This document shows positions 40,380 to 52,593 of a stretch of DNA of 64,000 nucleotides, piece by piece. Source of the DNA: Lingula anatina (Eukaryota > Animalia > Brachiopoda); NCBI GenBank assembly GCA_051362555.1, contig CM120642.1:29946001-30010000 (forward strand). Reading direction: 5' to 3'. The notes below the pieces were generated by a model. That model made no database searches. It worked only from the letters and a program-made list of their open reading frames with translations, and was not told where the DNA came from. Both the position numbers and the translations under genes were made by a program. Position 1 is the first letter of the stretch, and every line of letters begins with the position of its first letter.

Positions 40380-41498
40380 AATACAAGAGTGAGGAATGGT
40401 AAAAGAAAACAGCCAGTTTGGAGAGCTTATTAAGATGTATTTATTGGACACATACAAAAATTATACAATGAAAGATATTGTCGTGCTTAGTTGGGTAGGA
40501 GAACATTGTTCTATACCCGCAGTAAAAACTTTCAGACACAAGAGGAATCGCATCTTTCCTCTCATATGACATCATTAAACGTCTATAAGCGGTTGTTATG
40601 GGAACACCATTTCACAGACTAGTTTTTCTAGTATTTTTATGGAAGATGTGAACATAAAGACGAAGGTTTAGCATATAGCTGTGAACACATTTGTTTTGAA
40701 TATATTTGTACTATGAAAAAGCACACCCCGAGTCTTTAATATTCTGTACATGGACGCTTGGGCCACGCCTTAACCACATGAATATGTCTAGGTAATGCAC
40801 AAGTATTACAAGAACGGAAATATAGTTGCGATGATTCTGTCGGCTTGAGGAAAATTGCCCCAGATTTTTTCAACATGAAGGTCGTTATCGAGGAGACTCC
40901 AAAGCAGTAAATGGATTGGGGATCATCAGCGTTAGATAAAAACAAGACTTGCGACATTGTGTGATGTCATTCGAGATTACAAAACGTTTAAGAAACCGCG
41001 TAAGTGTTAAACCATCTGTGCGTCGAAGTTGAAATTTAAGGATTATCGTCTTACACTGAAAGCAATGTATTATTAACACGCACAACATAATGAATTCGTA
41101 CGGTTGAACAGACAGATATTCGACGAAATTTAGGAAAGAACAACCAGAAAAGCATCCATGGATAAATTCTTTGAGCTGTTATACGTCGCCGCTCCACACT
41201 GGCTTATCTGCCTTTATTTCCGACCCCACTCGCTTCCAAATCCCGCAAAATCTCTTTTGAAATAAATCATAAACAATGGCGATAAAGTAGTTTCAAATGA
41301 AGTTGTCTATAAACTATACATTTACTGGGCCATGAGAGGGATTCTAAAAAAAGTATTCCGTTTGCAGCTAAAATTTCTAATTTTAAGCCTTATTCTTTTA
41401 TTTGGACCTCTAATAAGCTAATTGCATTCCTTCTCACAAGGGCATGTTTAAGTTTGTGACAATATATTGATGTGGGCTCTAAATGGGAATGGTTAATT

Positions 41499-41707
41499 AC
41501 CTCCGCCAAGGAGGTTATGTTTTCACCCCTGTTTGTCTGTCTGTCTGTTTGTTTGTCATCAACATAACTCAAAAAGTTGTGAACCAATTTTGATGAAATT
41601 TTCAGGGTAGGTGGGAAATGGGTTAACTTAGAAGTGATTTTGGTGGTGATCCGGTTCAATAATAATCAATAATAATAATAAATTGCTGCCTTGGAGTGCT
41701 TTTCTAG
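41499..41707 (+). mobile_element. Non-autonomous Helentron-associated (HINE/DINE-1-like) element
   Basis: Begins acctccgccaaggaggttatgtttt, has an internal (GTCT/GTTT)n tract and cataactcaaaaagtt...ttttgatgaaatttt core, and ends gccttggagtgcttttctag. Inserted at TT; absent from the paralogous site ~49843 (ggttaattatctc). Confidence 0.82.
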
Positions 41708-42018
41708 TTATCTCTTTTTATCTTAAAAACTTAGGCGTGAGTATTTTAATAAAAAGGCAATAATAACCAGTTTAGCTGCATTTAGTTGCGTTACCGTAAT
41801 TTGTCAGCTCTAAGGTTGCTCTTGGGCTACATAAACAAAATTCGATTCTACACACATTTAACAAAGTCAGCTTTCACCAGTTCATAAGTACTGCATAAAA
41901 GTTTGTCAAATGGGCATGTGCTTCCTTGCATTTACTGACCCTCTTTGAATCCTACGCAGCAAGGAGATACATAGACTACATGTACATTCAGATTTACACA
42001 TCACATTTTAATTTTCAG

Positions 42019-42141
42019 TATTCGTATGCATATGCTTCTGTTGGTGGCAAGAAAGCTGAGATGGATTCAGGAGAACAGAACAAGAAACAAAAACCAGGAG
42101 CCTTTGAGATCCAGCAGATGTATTAGAATGATATAAACTAA
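42019..42141 (+). pseudogene. Fragment of a receptor terminal (cytoplasmic) exon with premature stop
   Basis: YSYAYASVGGKKAEMDSGEQNKKQKPGAFEIQQMY* matches the tail of receptor A (TTG>TAG). The 3' flank to ~42720 aligns with 37360-38000. Confidence 0.8.
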
Positions 42142-43336
42142 CCATATAGACAACAGTGCCCATATTAGCCATAAGGATTTGTTAATGTACACACCAAAGA
42201 CTTATTTTTATGTAGGGAAAATACTTTTTTTCTGAAAAATAGATGTCTAGATCATGGTTATACGAATGCTAGGTCGTTGTTATTATAAAACTAACCCATC
42301 AGATGTTTTTGGGAGGGGGGTTAAAACTCTGAACTTTTCTTCGCCAGACAGTAGCCTACAACTCTAGCTATAGCCAATAGTCAACGAGATTAGAAATGCT
42401 TAAACATTTTAGACATCACACAGACTTCCTCAATGAACTGATCGTCAAATCTAGGTCATTTTGCCGATAGAAACGATTAAGGACCAAATGTAAGTGATAA
42501 GGAAATGAAAAAGTGGTCTTTAAATGTAGTGTGTAATGTTTTTTTAATAAAGATTGTGTGAATTAATGTCAAGATAATTTGATATTTGACCGTAATATAC
42601 GACATTTCTGTTCAAATATTCAGAAATAGGAGATATTTATTCCTAGTTTATATAAATAAACGTATAATCCTGTATATTAATTCAAGATTAAGAGATGGAA
42701 TGGTCGCTCAGTGGTTCAACTGTACCCCAGATTACGTGATTCCAATTTGTGTGCGGAATTATTTAAGCTGTGCACTTAGAATTTACACAACTGAAGTTCA
42801 GCTTTGGCAGAACAACAAATTGATTTTTTTCTTTTTTTTAACAACACGTTATATTGAAGTACTTTATTCACAGGGTAAATATTTTTGTTAGCGGACCTAA
42901 AAGATCAGGAACGAAGGGGGGCACTACCTTTACCAAAAGTGAAAAAAGTAAATACACACTGAGACACATAATGCCTTCTTCATAATAGCCTTACTTACGC
43001 TCGATGAACTTTGTGTGCCCCTCCCCACACCTCCGATTTTTTATATTTTAGCATCATTACACATGTATTGCGAGTTTCCAGACATCATCAAGCATGTCTG
43101 ATATGGTTTCATTTGTCATAATTCTGACTTAAGTTGAGGCAAAATAACTAAATGCAGATAACCCTTCTCTTTGTTCTCTTTAAACGTTTTACTTATGGAT
43201 AACGTCATTTCCATTCGCTCGTGCTCAAAAGAAATTATATGTATAAAGCAGGGGAAGGATTTTTCAGTACTTTATCAGCTCCGTTAAGATATGCTTCGCT
43301 CTTGATAATCATTTCTTAGGCCGCATTCACAACAGC

Positions 43337-43450
43337 GGACTAACTAATCCGAGGGTCAAATATGGCTACCCAGTTCAGTGTCTATTAGCGGATATTAGAC
43401 GGCAAACTTTGACGTCTGTCGTCATATTTGACCTTCGGACTAGTTAGTCC
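43337..43450. mobile_element. Short foldback/MITE remnant (~33 bp inverted arms)
   Basis: ggactaactaatccgagggtcaaatatggctac vs gtcgtcatatttgaccttcggactagttagtcc. Confidence 0.6.
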
Positions 43451-44122
43451 CTATAATTAATGAACCTTTGTCTGCTCAGTACAGTGGACATTGCTAAAGT
43501 GCAAATATTTTCTTTCTTAAACCTACTAATGTACCACAGAAACCCAAACGCAATAGACAGGTAATGGAAAAACCTACAGTACAGGAATGGACATTAAAAT
43601 GTAGAAATATGATGCATTAAAATACATTGTCCTGTTTAATAGCAAAGTTCACATTTGGAAGGAGTACCCAGCATGCATGTCCCTAGAAAACTAAACTTGA
43701 GAGATCCTCTGGTCAGAGACCAGAGAGCGTGGGAGCAATGATGCAGAACCACACTGGAAGGAGAGAGCACACCGAGATAATTCGGTTTAACGTGACAGCG
43801 AGAGTCCCCCAAGATAAAGAGTTCGCTTTCCATTCATTTGTGCAGGTAAGCCGCTCTCTAGATTTTGTCTCACTTAGGTCAGGCTAACCCAAGCCATTAT
43901 AACTAAATGGAGGGTGGACTTTCTGTTACACGGACCCTCAGTTTTGATGCACTGATGCACCTCTGTGACTGATGGATGAAGATGTTGAGCTGGTTGAGTA
44001 CCCAACTCATAGATTGTTTTAACGTTATCAGGTTGACCTAAGAATGTACATTGTTCCTGTTGATAATATGTATTGTACCTGTTGATACTATGGCGGCTAT
44101 CCATTTTTCATCTCATAAATAT

Positions 44123-46484
44123 ATGACAATAATGTCAGTGTATCGCCTTGGCATTCTTTGTTTATGTTTTATAGTGAACCATTGGGCGCCAGGAAGTAGT
44201 AAGTATTACATGGAATATAAAAGTAACTGAACTGGTGCAGGTCCACGTGTCTCTGTCAATGGTCTGCGATAGTTTGAATCATATCTTGTTTTTTAACTGC
44301 AATATAAATATCGCAGTGCATTATACATATCGTAGTGCAGTTATGTATTTTTCTCTATCCTTGCTCCTCTATAAGTGTGCTAGTTCACCTGTTACGGTGA
44401 CGGCTCTGATGGCTCTACTCTTAACCTAAGATCAAAGTCGGTCCCTTGTCTCTAAATTGATACTGAGAGCCTCTGTTCTGGTCCTACACCTGTGACGTAA
44501 CCCTTTGTTTGCGGCAGAAGAAGCCGTTTACCAGTTGCATTTATCGCTTTTCATCATCACTACCCTGCTCATGCCGAGGTGGCGCATAAGGCCTCCTCCT
44601 GAGCTTGCCTGTCTTGTCTGTCACTTTTACAATCATTTATTTTCACGAAAAGTGGCCTTGCCGTGTGGACAAATCGACGGATACTGCTTAGCAGAGTATG
44701 CATATGCTCCGAACCCTGCAGATTGCACCACGTTCTATCGGTGCGTCAATGGTAAATGGAGAATTATTGGCTGTATCCATGTATCCCCCGGCAGCTGTGG
44801 TACTCCTGTTGAATACTGTAGACGAGTCACTTGTCCAGAAACCACCTCGTCGACGATGACCACCCTTTCTTCAGATGTGTCTTTAATGATAAGGACTATT
44901 GAAACAACACCTGAAACAACACATACTGATAGGTGGAGTTCCAGAGACCAACGTGCCGCTACCACTACTCATACGGCTATTTCAACACATGGTGTGACGA
45001 CTGGTATTACAGCTGGTGAGTTATTAAAATAATGATGGCAAGCTTAGATACAAGTTTCCTTTGCTTTTTTCTTGCGTCGCAATCATTCTTCCTTACTTTA
45101 TCTTCGATGGAGCGTATTTACAGTAATACAATTTTAAACAGTATTTTCAAAATTAAATCATATAATAAGTATACGTTTCTTCAGGAATTTTGATTCTAAA
45201 ATTGACTTTATTATAACTCCAAAAATATGAGGAGTTTTTAGATTGAAATGAGTTACTTAGAACGAGATTGTATATTCAGGGAATAGAGAACTTCTCAGTG
45301 TTGAAGAATACATGTACATGTAGCGTCATATCTTTCAAGTCCACGCTCCGCAGCTATATTTTCCTCATTGGACATAAAATCATGTTAACTTGCAGCTACC
45401 TCTACGGAACTACCCTCAACCACAGCATCCGGAAGCGGGTCAGTCTCTGAGAATTGCCTTACCCCTGGTGCTATATTAGCTGGCACTGTGACATCAGTAG
45501 CCTTGGCAATACTTAACATTATACAGTGTGCACTGCTTGTGATTCTGTGGCGGAGAGGAAAACGTACTGAAAGGTATAAGAGTGTTTTTGAAAAACTACT
45601 GCGATACTTAAAGTGCAAATGTTCAACGCACATACATCCTGTAGTTGCCCTACATCGTTGGGTGCCATGAGCTATATTATCGTACAATGAAATACAGGAT
45701 TTCGTTTGAAAATAAGTACTATCCATTTAAATTGGTTCAAGTATGAAAGCCACTGTTATATTCATTTTAGATCAAATCAACCAATTCCATCAGTAGCAAA
45801 GGTAAGGATGTACAAACATTTTTAAGTGTTTTGATATTTATTCTTTACATGTGCGAGGGTAATAACTATAATGGTAAAAATGAGGTTTTAAGTAATGAAA
45901 ACAAAATCAAAACTGTGAAAAAAAGCTTCATCGGATCTTAATTTTTGATAGTTAAAAAGTTCTCATTTATGATAGTTACAAAAATTTGAATCACCTGTAG
46001 ACTTTTTTGTCTGTTCACTCGGACAGACATTGTCACATTTAAATTTACTATGAACAGACGAAACAGTCATCAGGTAAATCATATTTGTGGATCTATCATA
46101 TATTAAATAAGTTCAACCCCTTTTCAAAATCTTGATTACTCTAGAATTTAATGCAACATTTATCAGGGACAACAAAGAACAACAGAACTCACACCCAATA
46201 AGCACCCCATGGCAAATGCAGATGCTTCCAGAAGTAACGGTGACAATTACATGGCTCTTGTCAAGAGCGAATGCATCGATGGATCAGCCATGAGCGACGG
46301 CAATGAAGGTAGAAATGGTTATCAAGAACTTCGCCCTGCTGAGCCGCCATCTAGTGACGCGTATTCGTATGCATTTGCTTCTGCTGGTGGCAGGAAACCC
46401 GAGATGAAATCAGGAGAGCAGAGCAAGAAACATAAATCGTACGTCTATGAGATGGAGCACATGTATTCGAATGATTTACACTAA
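44123..46484 (+). CDS. Receptor B: signal peptide + 8-Cys CBM14/peritrophin-A-like domain + mucin stalk + TM + tyrosine-motif tail; exons 44123-44198, 44653-45015, 45396-45573, 45771-45801, 46167-46484
   Basis: MTIMSVYRLGILCLCFIVNHWAPGS | MALPCGQIDGYCLAEYAYAPNPADCTTFYRCVNGKW..C..C..C..C + T/S stalk | TM GAILAGTVTSVALAILNIIQCALLVILWRR | 31-nt exon | tail with NYMAL, GYQEL, YSYA, VYEM, MYSN. Junctions are canonical and in frame. Confidence 0.85.
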
Positions 46485-46614
46485 CCACGCTGGCAGCAGT
46501 AATCTACACAGGGGTTTGATAATGGAAATTTCAAAGATCATCTGAAAACTTTTTTTAAATAGACGTCTCTAGATGACAGGCCGTGGTTATTGTCAAACAA
46601 GCCCGTCAGCTTTT

Positions 46615-49600
46615 CCATTTTACCGATAGAAATGATTTAGGATAAAATTTGTGATAAGGAAGGAAAAGTGGTATTTAAATGAAGTGTTTTTTAAGAGTAT
46701 TAGGATTCATGTCGAGATAATCTAATATTTCGCCGTAATGTCGAACATAAATCTATCTATTCAAATATTACGTAAAAAGGTTATATTAATTCTTACAGAT
46801 ATACTAGTATTACCCTGTTAAAAGAAAAAATAAAGATTATTAAGAGACGTAATGGTCGTTCAATTGGTTCAGTACATGTACTACTGGTCTCTTGCTAGAT
46901 ATATACATGTATATGCGGGATTAATTCACTAACATTAAACACAATTTCAGAACAATTGCGTCAGATCGATCAACTGATACCCAATTTATTTTTACTTGTT
47001 TATTGTTTAAATAAAGGTATTTTTTTACCAGAGCAGGAATTTTGTAGAGGATTGCGGATGGGGTGCGCTCGCTTACAAAAAGCAAATAAAGTGAAAAGAC
47101 GCTAAGAGACACAAAGAACCAAACTCACAATACCTTCACCCATACAAGATAAACTCTTGGGCTCCCCCCCCCCCCCACACACACACACACAAACACACAC
47201 ATACGAACACGACCACACCTCTTGTCCCAGTGCACCATATATACAGTATAACTGACTCTCTTTATATATATATATATATAAACGATATCTGTGCTGTGTC
47301 GCGATTTACCGATATAAACAAGGTGCATATTGTCATATTTATCATTAAATTAAAGATATCGATATTACTCAAAATGCTCTTTTGAGGTAATGCACTTGCT
47401 CCCTAGGCACTTGATACTTCTGGATAACATTTTCCGTTTCTGTTTTTCTATTCCATTTTCTAAGAAGGAAAAAAACAAATTTTCGTATCATGAAGGATAT
47501 GCTCAGGAATGTTTTGTATAATATCAAGAATGTATCACTGGGCTGTCCTGCATGCCCCTAGCTAGCTGTTACGTACGAATATTATCCAACGTATGGTGAA
47601 AGCAAAGCACTCCCAAGTCTTGAATTATTCGTGAAATTGTCATGGGTAATGGTGGTTCATTGAAGTGATCGACATTTTCATATTGTTTATTTATTTATAA
47701 ATCTCTATAAGTCCGTTTTCATGCTGCGGAGTGGATGTCATGGCGAAAAAAGGGCTGGGTTTCGTTTTCTTCACAGCCAGTGCGGCTCTGCTCATTCTGA
47801 TGGTAACTTTCACCAATATCCTGAACAAGAAAAGGCGTCACATAATCAAACAAGAAACGCAACCCGATTGCTTAGTACCAGAGTCAGTTTGTGAGGAAAA
47901 GCTACAGAAGAAACCATACCTGTGGTATCATATCAAAAATTATCCGTACATTTTTGATGCCGCTTGTAGAGTGGACGAGGGACCGTTTCTACTTGTCCTA
48001 GTTATATCTGATCCTCGAGATTTTCAGTCCAGACTGACGTTTAGAAAAACTTGTGGAAGTGTTCCGGAATACTTGGGGCAACCAATTAAAACCGTCTTCT
48101 TTGTAGGGAATTCAAATTTGCCACACGTTGAGGAAAAAATCGTAAAGGAAAGCGAACAGTTTGGAGATCTAATTAAAGTCGATTTTGTTGACACGTACAA
48201 GAATTACACATTGAAATCTATTCTCGCCCTTCGATGGGTAGCAGAGTACTGTCCTAGGACTCGCTTTGTCGTAAAATGTGGACATGACGTCACCGTTAAC
48301 TATAGAGGCGTCATACGGTACCTGACACGTCTTCCGGCCAATAATTCTGGGAAACTATTTGTTGGTTTTCTTTATGCTAATGGACCTGTACGTCGCAATT
48401 CACGCAGTAAGTACTTCCAGACCCGAGAGGAGTTCAGTGACAGGAAATACCCACCTTATGTGGCTGGATTCGCATCGCTTCTTTCCTATGACGTCATCGA
48501 ACTTCTTCACTCAGCGTCGTTATGGAAACACCTTTTCATGGAAGACGTCTTTTTATCTGTCCTGGCACATGAAAATCACGTCAGACTTGAACATAATTCG
48601 GCCTTTATGAGTGAATCACGACGTTTTAACTTCAGTGATCTTTGCCGTGTGCGTAATATGTTGGCAATTCACAAAAAACCTAATGCGAGGATTTGTGACC
48701 TTTATAAAGACGAAGATAAAGCCTGCACACATTGAAATACAAGAGTGAGGAATGGTAAAAGAAAACAGCCAGTTTGGAGAGCTTATTAAGATGTATTTAT
48801 TGGACACATACAAAAATTATACATTGAAAGATATTGTCGTGCTTAGTTGGGTAGGAGAACATTGTTCTATACCCGCAGTAAAAACTTTCAGACACAAGAG
48901 GAATCGCATCTTTCCTCTCATATGACATCATTAAACGTCTATAAGCGGTTGTTATGGGAACACCATTTCACAGACTAGTTTTTCTAGTATTTTTATGGAA
49001 GATGTAAACATAAAGACGAAGGTTTAGCATATAGCTGTGAACACATTTGTTTTGAATATATTTGTACTATGAAAAAGCACACCCCGAGTCTTTAATATTC
49101 TGTACATGGACGCTTGGGCCACGCCTTAACCACATGAATATGTCTAGGTAATGCACAAGTATTACAAGAACGGAAATATAGTTGCGATGATTCTGTCGGC
49201 TTGAGGAAAATTGCCCCAGATTTTTTCAACATGAAGGTCGTTATCGAGGAGACTCCAAAGCAGTAAATGGATTTGGGATCATCAGCTTTAGATAAAAACA
49301 AGACTTGCGACATGTGTGATGTCATTCGAAATTACAAAACGTTTAAGAAACCGCGTAAGTGTTAAACCATCTGTGCGTCGATGTTGAAATTTAAGGATTA
49401 TCGTCTTACACTGAAAGCAATGTATTATTGACACGCACAACATAATGAATTCGTACAGTTATTGAACAGACAGATATTCGCCGGAATTTAGGAAAGAACA
49501 ACCAAAAAAGCATCCATGGATAAATTATCTGAGCTGTTATACGTCGCCGCTCCGCACAGGCTAATCTGCCCTCATTTCCGACTCCACCAGCTTCCAAATC

Positions 49601-50155
49601 CCGCAAAACCTCTTTGAAATAAATTATAAACAATGGCGATAAAGTAGTTTCAAGTCAAGTTTCCTATATACTGGACTATGAGAGGGATTGTAAAAAAAGT
49701 ATGCAGTTTTCAGCTAAAATTTCCAATTTTATGCCTTATTCGTTTATTTAACCTCTAATAAGCTAATTGCATTCCTTCTCAAAAGGGCATGTTTAAGTTT
49801 GTAACAATATATTGATGTGGGCTCTAGATGGGAATGGTTAATTATCTCTTTTTCTCTTAAAAACTGAGACGTGAGTATTTTTTATAAAAAAAAGGCAATA
49901 TAAACCAGTTTAGGTGCTTCTCGTTGCATTACCGTTTGTTTGTCAGCTCTTAGGTTGCTCTTGGACTCCCTACACAACATTTGATTCTACACACTTTTAA
50001 CAAAGTCAGCTTTCGCCAGTTAATAAGTACTGCATGAAAATTTGTCAAATGGGCATGTGCTCCCTTGCATTTGCTGCCCCTCTCTGACCTAGATTCCCAG
50101 CTGTATTAATACGCAGCTAGGAGTTATTTAGACTATACACATTGGATTTACACAT
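46615..50155 (+). repeat. Segmental duplicate of ~37730-42005 (receptor 3' flank + GT31 gene + downstream region)
   Basis: Collinear similarity throughout and near identity across the GT31 catalytic region and ~0.6 kb of 3' flank. Differs mainly by two transposon insertions in the first copy. Confidence 0.93.
47740..48735 (+). CDS. Beta-1,3-galactosyltransferase-like protein (GT31 family), copy 2, intronless, 331 aa
   Basis: Same motifs as copy 1, with about 13 aa differences by manual count. The DxD position also reads KCGHD. Confidence 0.9.
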   Translation: MAKKGLGFVFFTASAALLILMVTFTNILNKKRRHIIKQETQPDCLVPESVCEEKLQKKPYLWYHIKNYPYIFDAACRVDEGPFLLVLVISDPRDFQSRLTFRKTCGSVPEYLGQPIKTVFFVGNSNLPHVEEKIVKESEQFGDLIKVDFVDTYKNYTLKSILALRWVAEYCPRTRFVVKCGHDVTVNYRGVIRYLTRLPANNSGKLFVGFLYANGPVRRNSRSKYFQTREEFSDRKYPPYVAGFASLLSYDVIELLHSASLWKHLFMEDVFLSVLAHENHVRLEHNSAFMSESRRFNFSDLCRVRNMLAIHKKPNARICDLYKDEDKACTH

Positions 50156-50557
50156 TGCAATAGCTGGGTCAGTCCAACTGTGCGAGAGATTCTCCTTCAA
50201 GTGCAATCAGTGTATTAAACTTAATTGTCTAACAGGCCTTCTTGAGGAGTTACGGGTGATTAAGTATCCTGTGCTGATTAAGGTGATCCCACCGATGGTA
50301 CTTAAGCGAGAATCCCACGCAGAGTTGGATCGAACAAGCTAGTACCACGTGCGAATCTGAATGCGTCCATAATATACTTGTCGGATATTAGTGCCTTTTA
50401 GTTTTACATGTCTGTAGTGCAATTATAACGTGGAAACAAGTTCCTTTCAATATAATTTCACCATTGCTTGGAACCTGGCTTGTTTGAGTACAGTCATCCA
50501 CTGGTTTAATGAGAGTTTAGACATACCTCCACCAATCGTCTGGCTACAGGATCTGTC

Positions 50558-50663
50558 AGAAGACCGCTGTCATAGAGGACCGCTGCAGAGAAGACCGCTG
50601 TCGCCAAGGGCCGCTGAGAAGACCGCTGTCGTCGAGGGCCGCTGAGAAGACAGCTGTCGCTGA
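50558..50663 (+). repeat. GC-rich minisatellite (~28-31 bp unit, ~3.5 copies)
   Basis: Repeats of agaagaccgctgtcg..gagggccgctg. Confidence 0.85.
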
Positions 50664-51577
50664 AAAAACTGCTGAGTGAACTGTCGCTGACAAGTCCTAC
50701 ATTTGTAAGCTCAGCATCCAGCCCATACAACAGACGTCGCCGTCATTCTTCCCACAGACAGCTTGAAGTGTGCTTCCTCTTCACACAACGCTATGCCTCA
50801 TCTGCAACTTTCAGCATCGCTGCAGCGCAGCGATGATCCAACGCCTCAATTTAACAAGGACGCTGAATGTGATCATGAGTCTGAAAACGAAGATACAGAG
50901 AGTGGGCTTGGGTTGACTGGCAGCGCCTTTCCTCTGCAACTGCATCAGCATGAGGGTCAACAGTTCTGTCGGCGTGGACAACGCAGAGTTCTTGATTCAG
51001 TTTCAGTTTTTTGTTTAAATAAAGGTATTTTATGACCAGAGCAGGTATTTTGCAGAGGAACGCGGATGTCATGAAAATGGAAGAAAAGATGTCATGAGAC
51101 GCATAGAACCATGCTCATAATACACACACCCATGCACAATGAACATCTGGGGTCATTCCCCCCCCCCCCCCCAACTGACCTCCACCCCTTGTCTCAGTGC
51201 ACCATACATGTACACACATCCACCTGCCTCAGTACTTGAGCGTTGCAGTACCATTTCGTGATAGTTTATTCACGGATCTAGAAGACCGGATAGGGAGGCA
51301 CACGCTCCATTTTTTCCAAAAAGAAACTTGATTTAGTAATTCTCCAGCAGTGCAATAATTGAGCCCGGGGACGGGTTGAAATCATTCACATGATATCACT
51401 GTCTATAGGCTAGGAAGAAAATACCATGGATGAAGATGTTGTTGAGTATCCGGTTTATTTTTAGTTTCAACGTTATCAAGTTGACCTCTTTTTACTTCCT
51501 TGTTTTTTTCCGTATATTTGTACCTGTTAGTAACATGACGGTTACCTATGTGTCGTGTCCGTCATAAATATATTACA

Positions 51578-52522
51578 ATGTCAGTGTATCACCTCGGCCT
51601 TTTTTGTTTGTTTTTTATCGTGAACCACTGGGCGCCAGGCTGCAGTAAGTATTACAGTGAATATAAATGTGTCTAGCTGTACACGTACCTGTTAAATACA
51701 GCATGTATGACTTAGCCAATGGTATGCATTGATTTAAACCGTGCATGTGCTGGTGCTTGAATAGAGTTGCGTTGCTAGTCATAATGCACTCAGTATAGTG
51801 CAGGGCCATTCCTTATAAAACTTAGTTGAACAAACAACAATAGGTAAACAGTTACTACTACAGATGTACGAGGTGAATCAAGCTTTATTTATTTTGCAGT
51901 GCCTATATCACTGTTGCATTTATCTTTTTTATTTTTATTTTATTTTATTTATTTATTTATTTTTATTTTATTTTATTTTTTGACAAGTGGCCTGGCCGTG
52001 TGGATATTATGCTGAGAACTGTTCAGAAGAAGAGCCATATGCTCCAAATCCTGCAGATTGCACACAGTATTATCGGTGCGCACACAACAAATGGACACTT
52101 TATCACTGTAGCAATATATCCCCTACCAGCTGCGGTATTCCAGTGGAATACTGTAAACGAGTTACTTGCCCAGAAACTACTTCGTCGACGACTTCTACCG
52201 TATTTCCGAGTGTACATGTATCTTTAATGACAAGAACTATAGAAACATTACGTACTGATAGGTCCAGTCCCAAATACCAACACACCTTTACCAGTCCTAT
52301 TACAACAAATGGTGTGGCATCTGATACTGATGCTGGTACGTTATTAAAATAATAATAAGAAGCTTAATAAATGCAAGCATACTTTAACTTTACTTAAACT
52401 TTTTGATCCTGCATTGCAATATTTCTTACTTACTTTGTCACCGACGGAGCGCGTTATAACGTATTTCAAACATCATTTACAAATTTTAATAATGATTCTT
52501 AACATTATTATAACTTCAAACA

Positions 52523-52593
<71 letters not shown>

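Noticed and set aside
42697-42730. tRNA A-box-like sequence (tggtcgctcagtggtt)
   Set aside because: No B-box or cloverleaf; the paralogous copies at ~37985 and ~46852 lack it.
50558-50663. Minisatellite as a CRISPR array or coding repeat
   Set aside because: Head-to-tail units without unique spacers; overlapping ORFs are short and unrecognisable.
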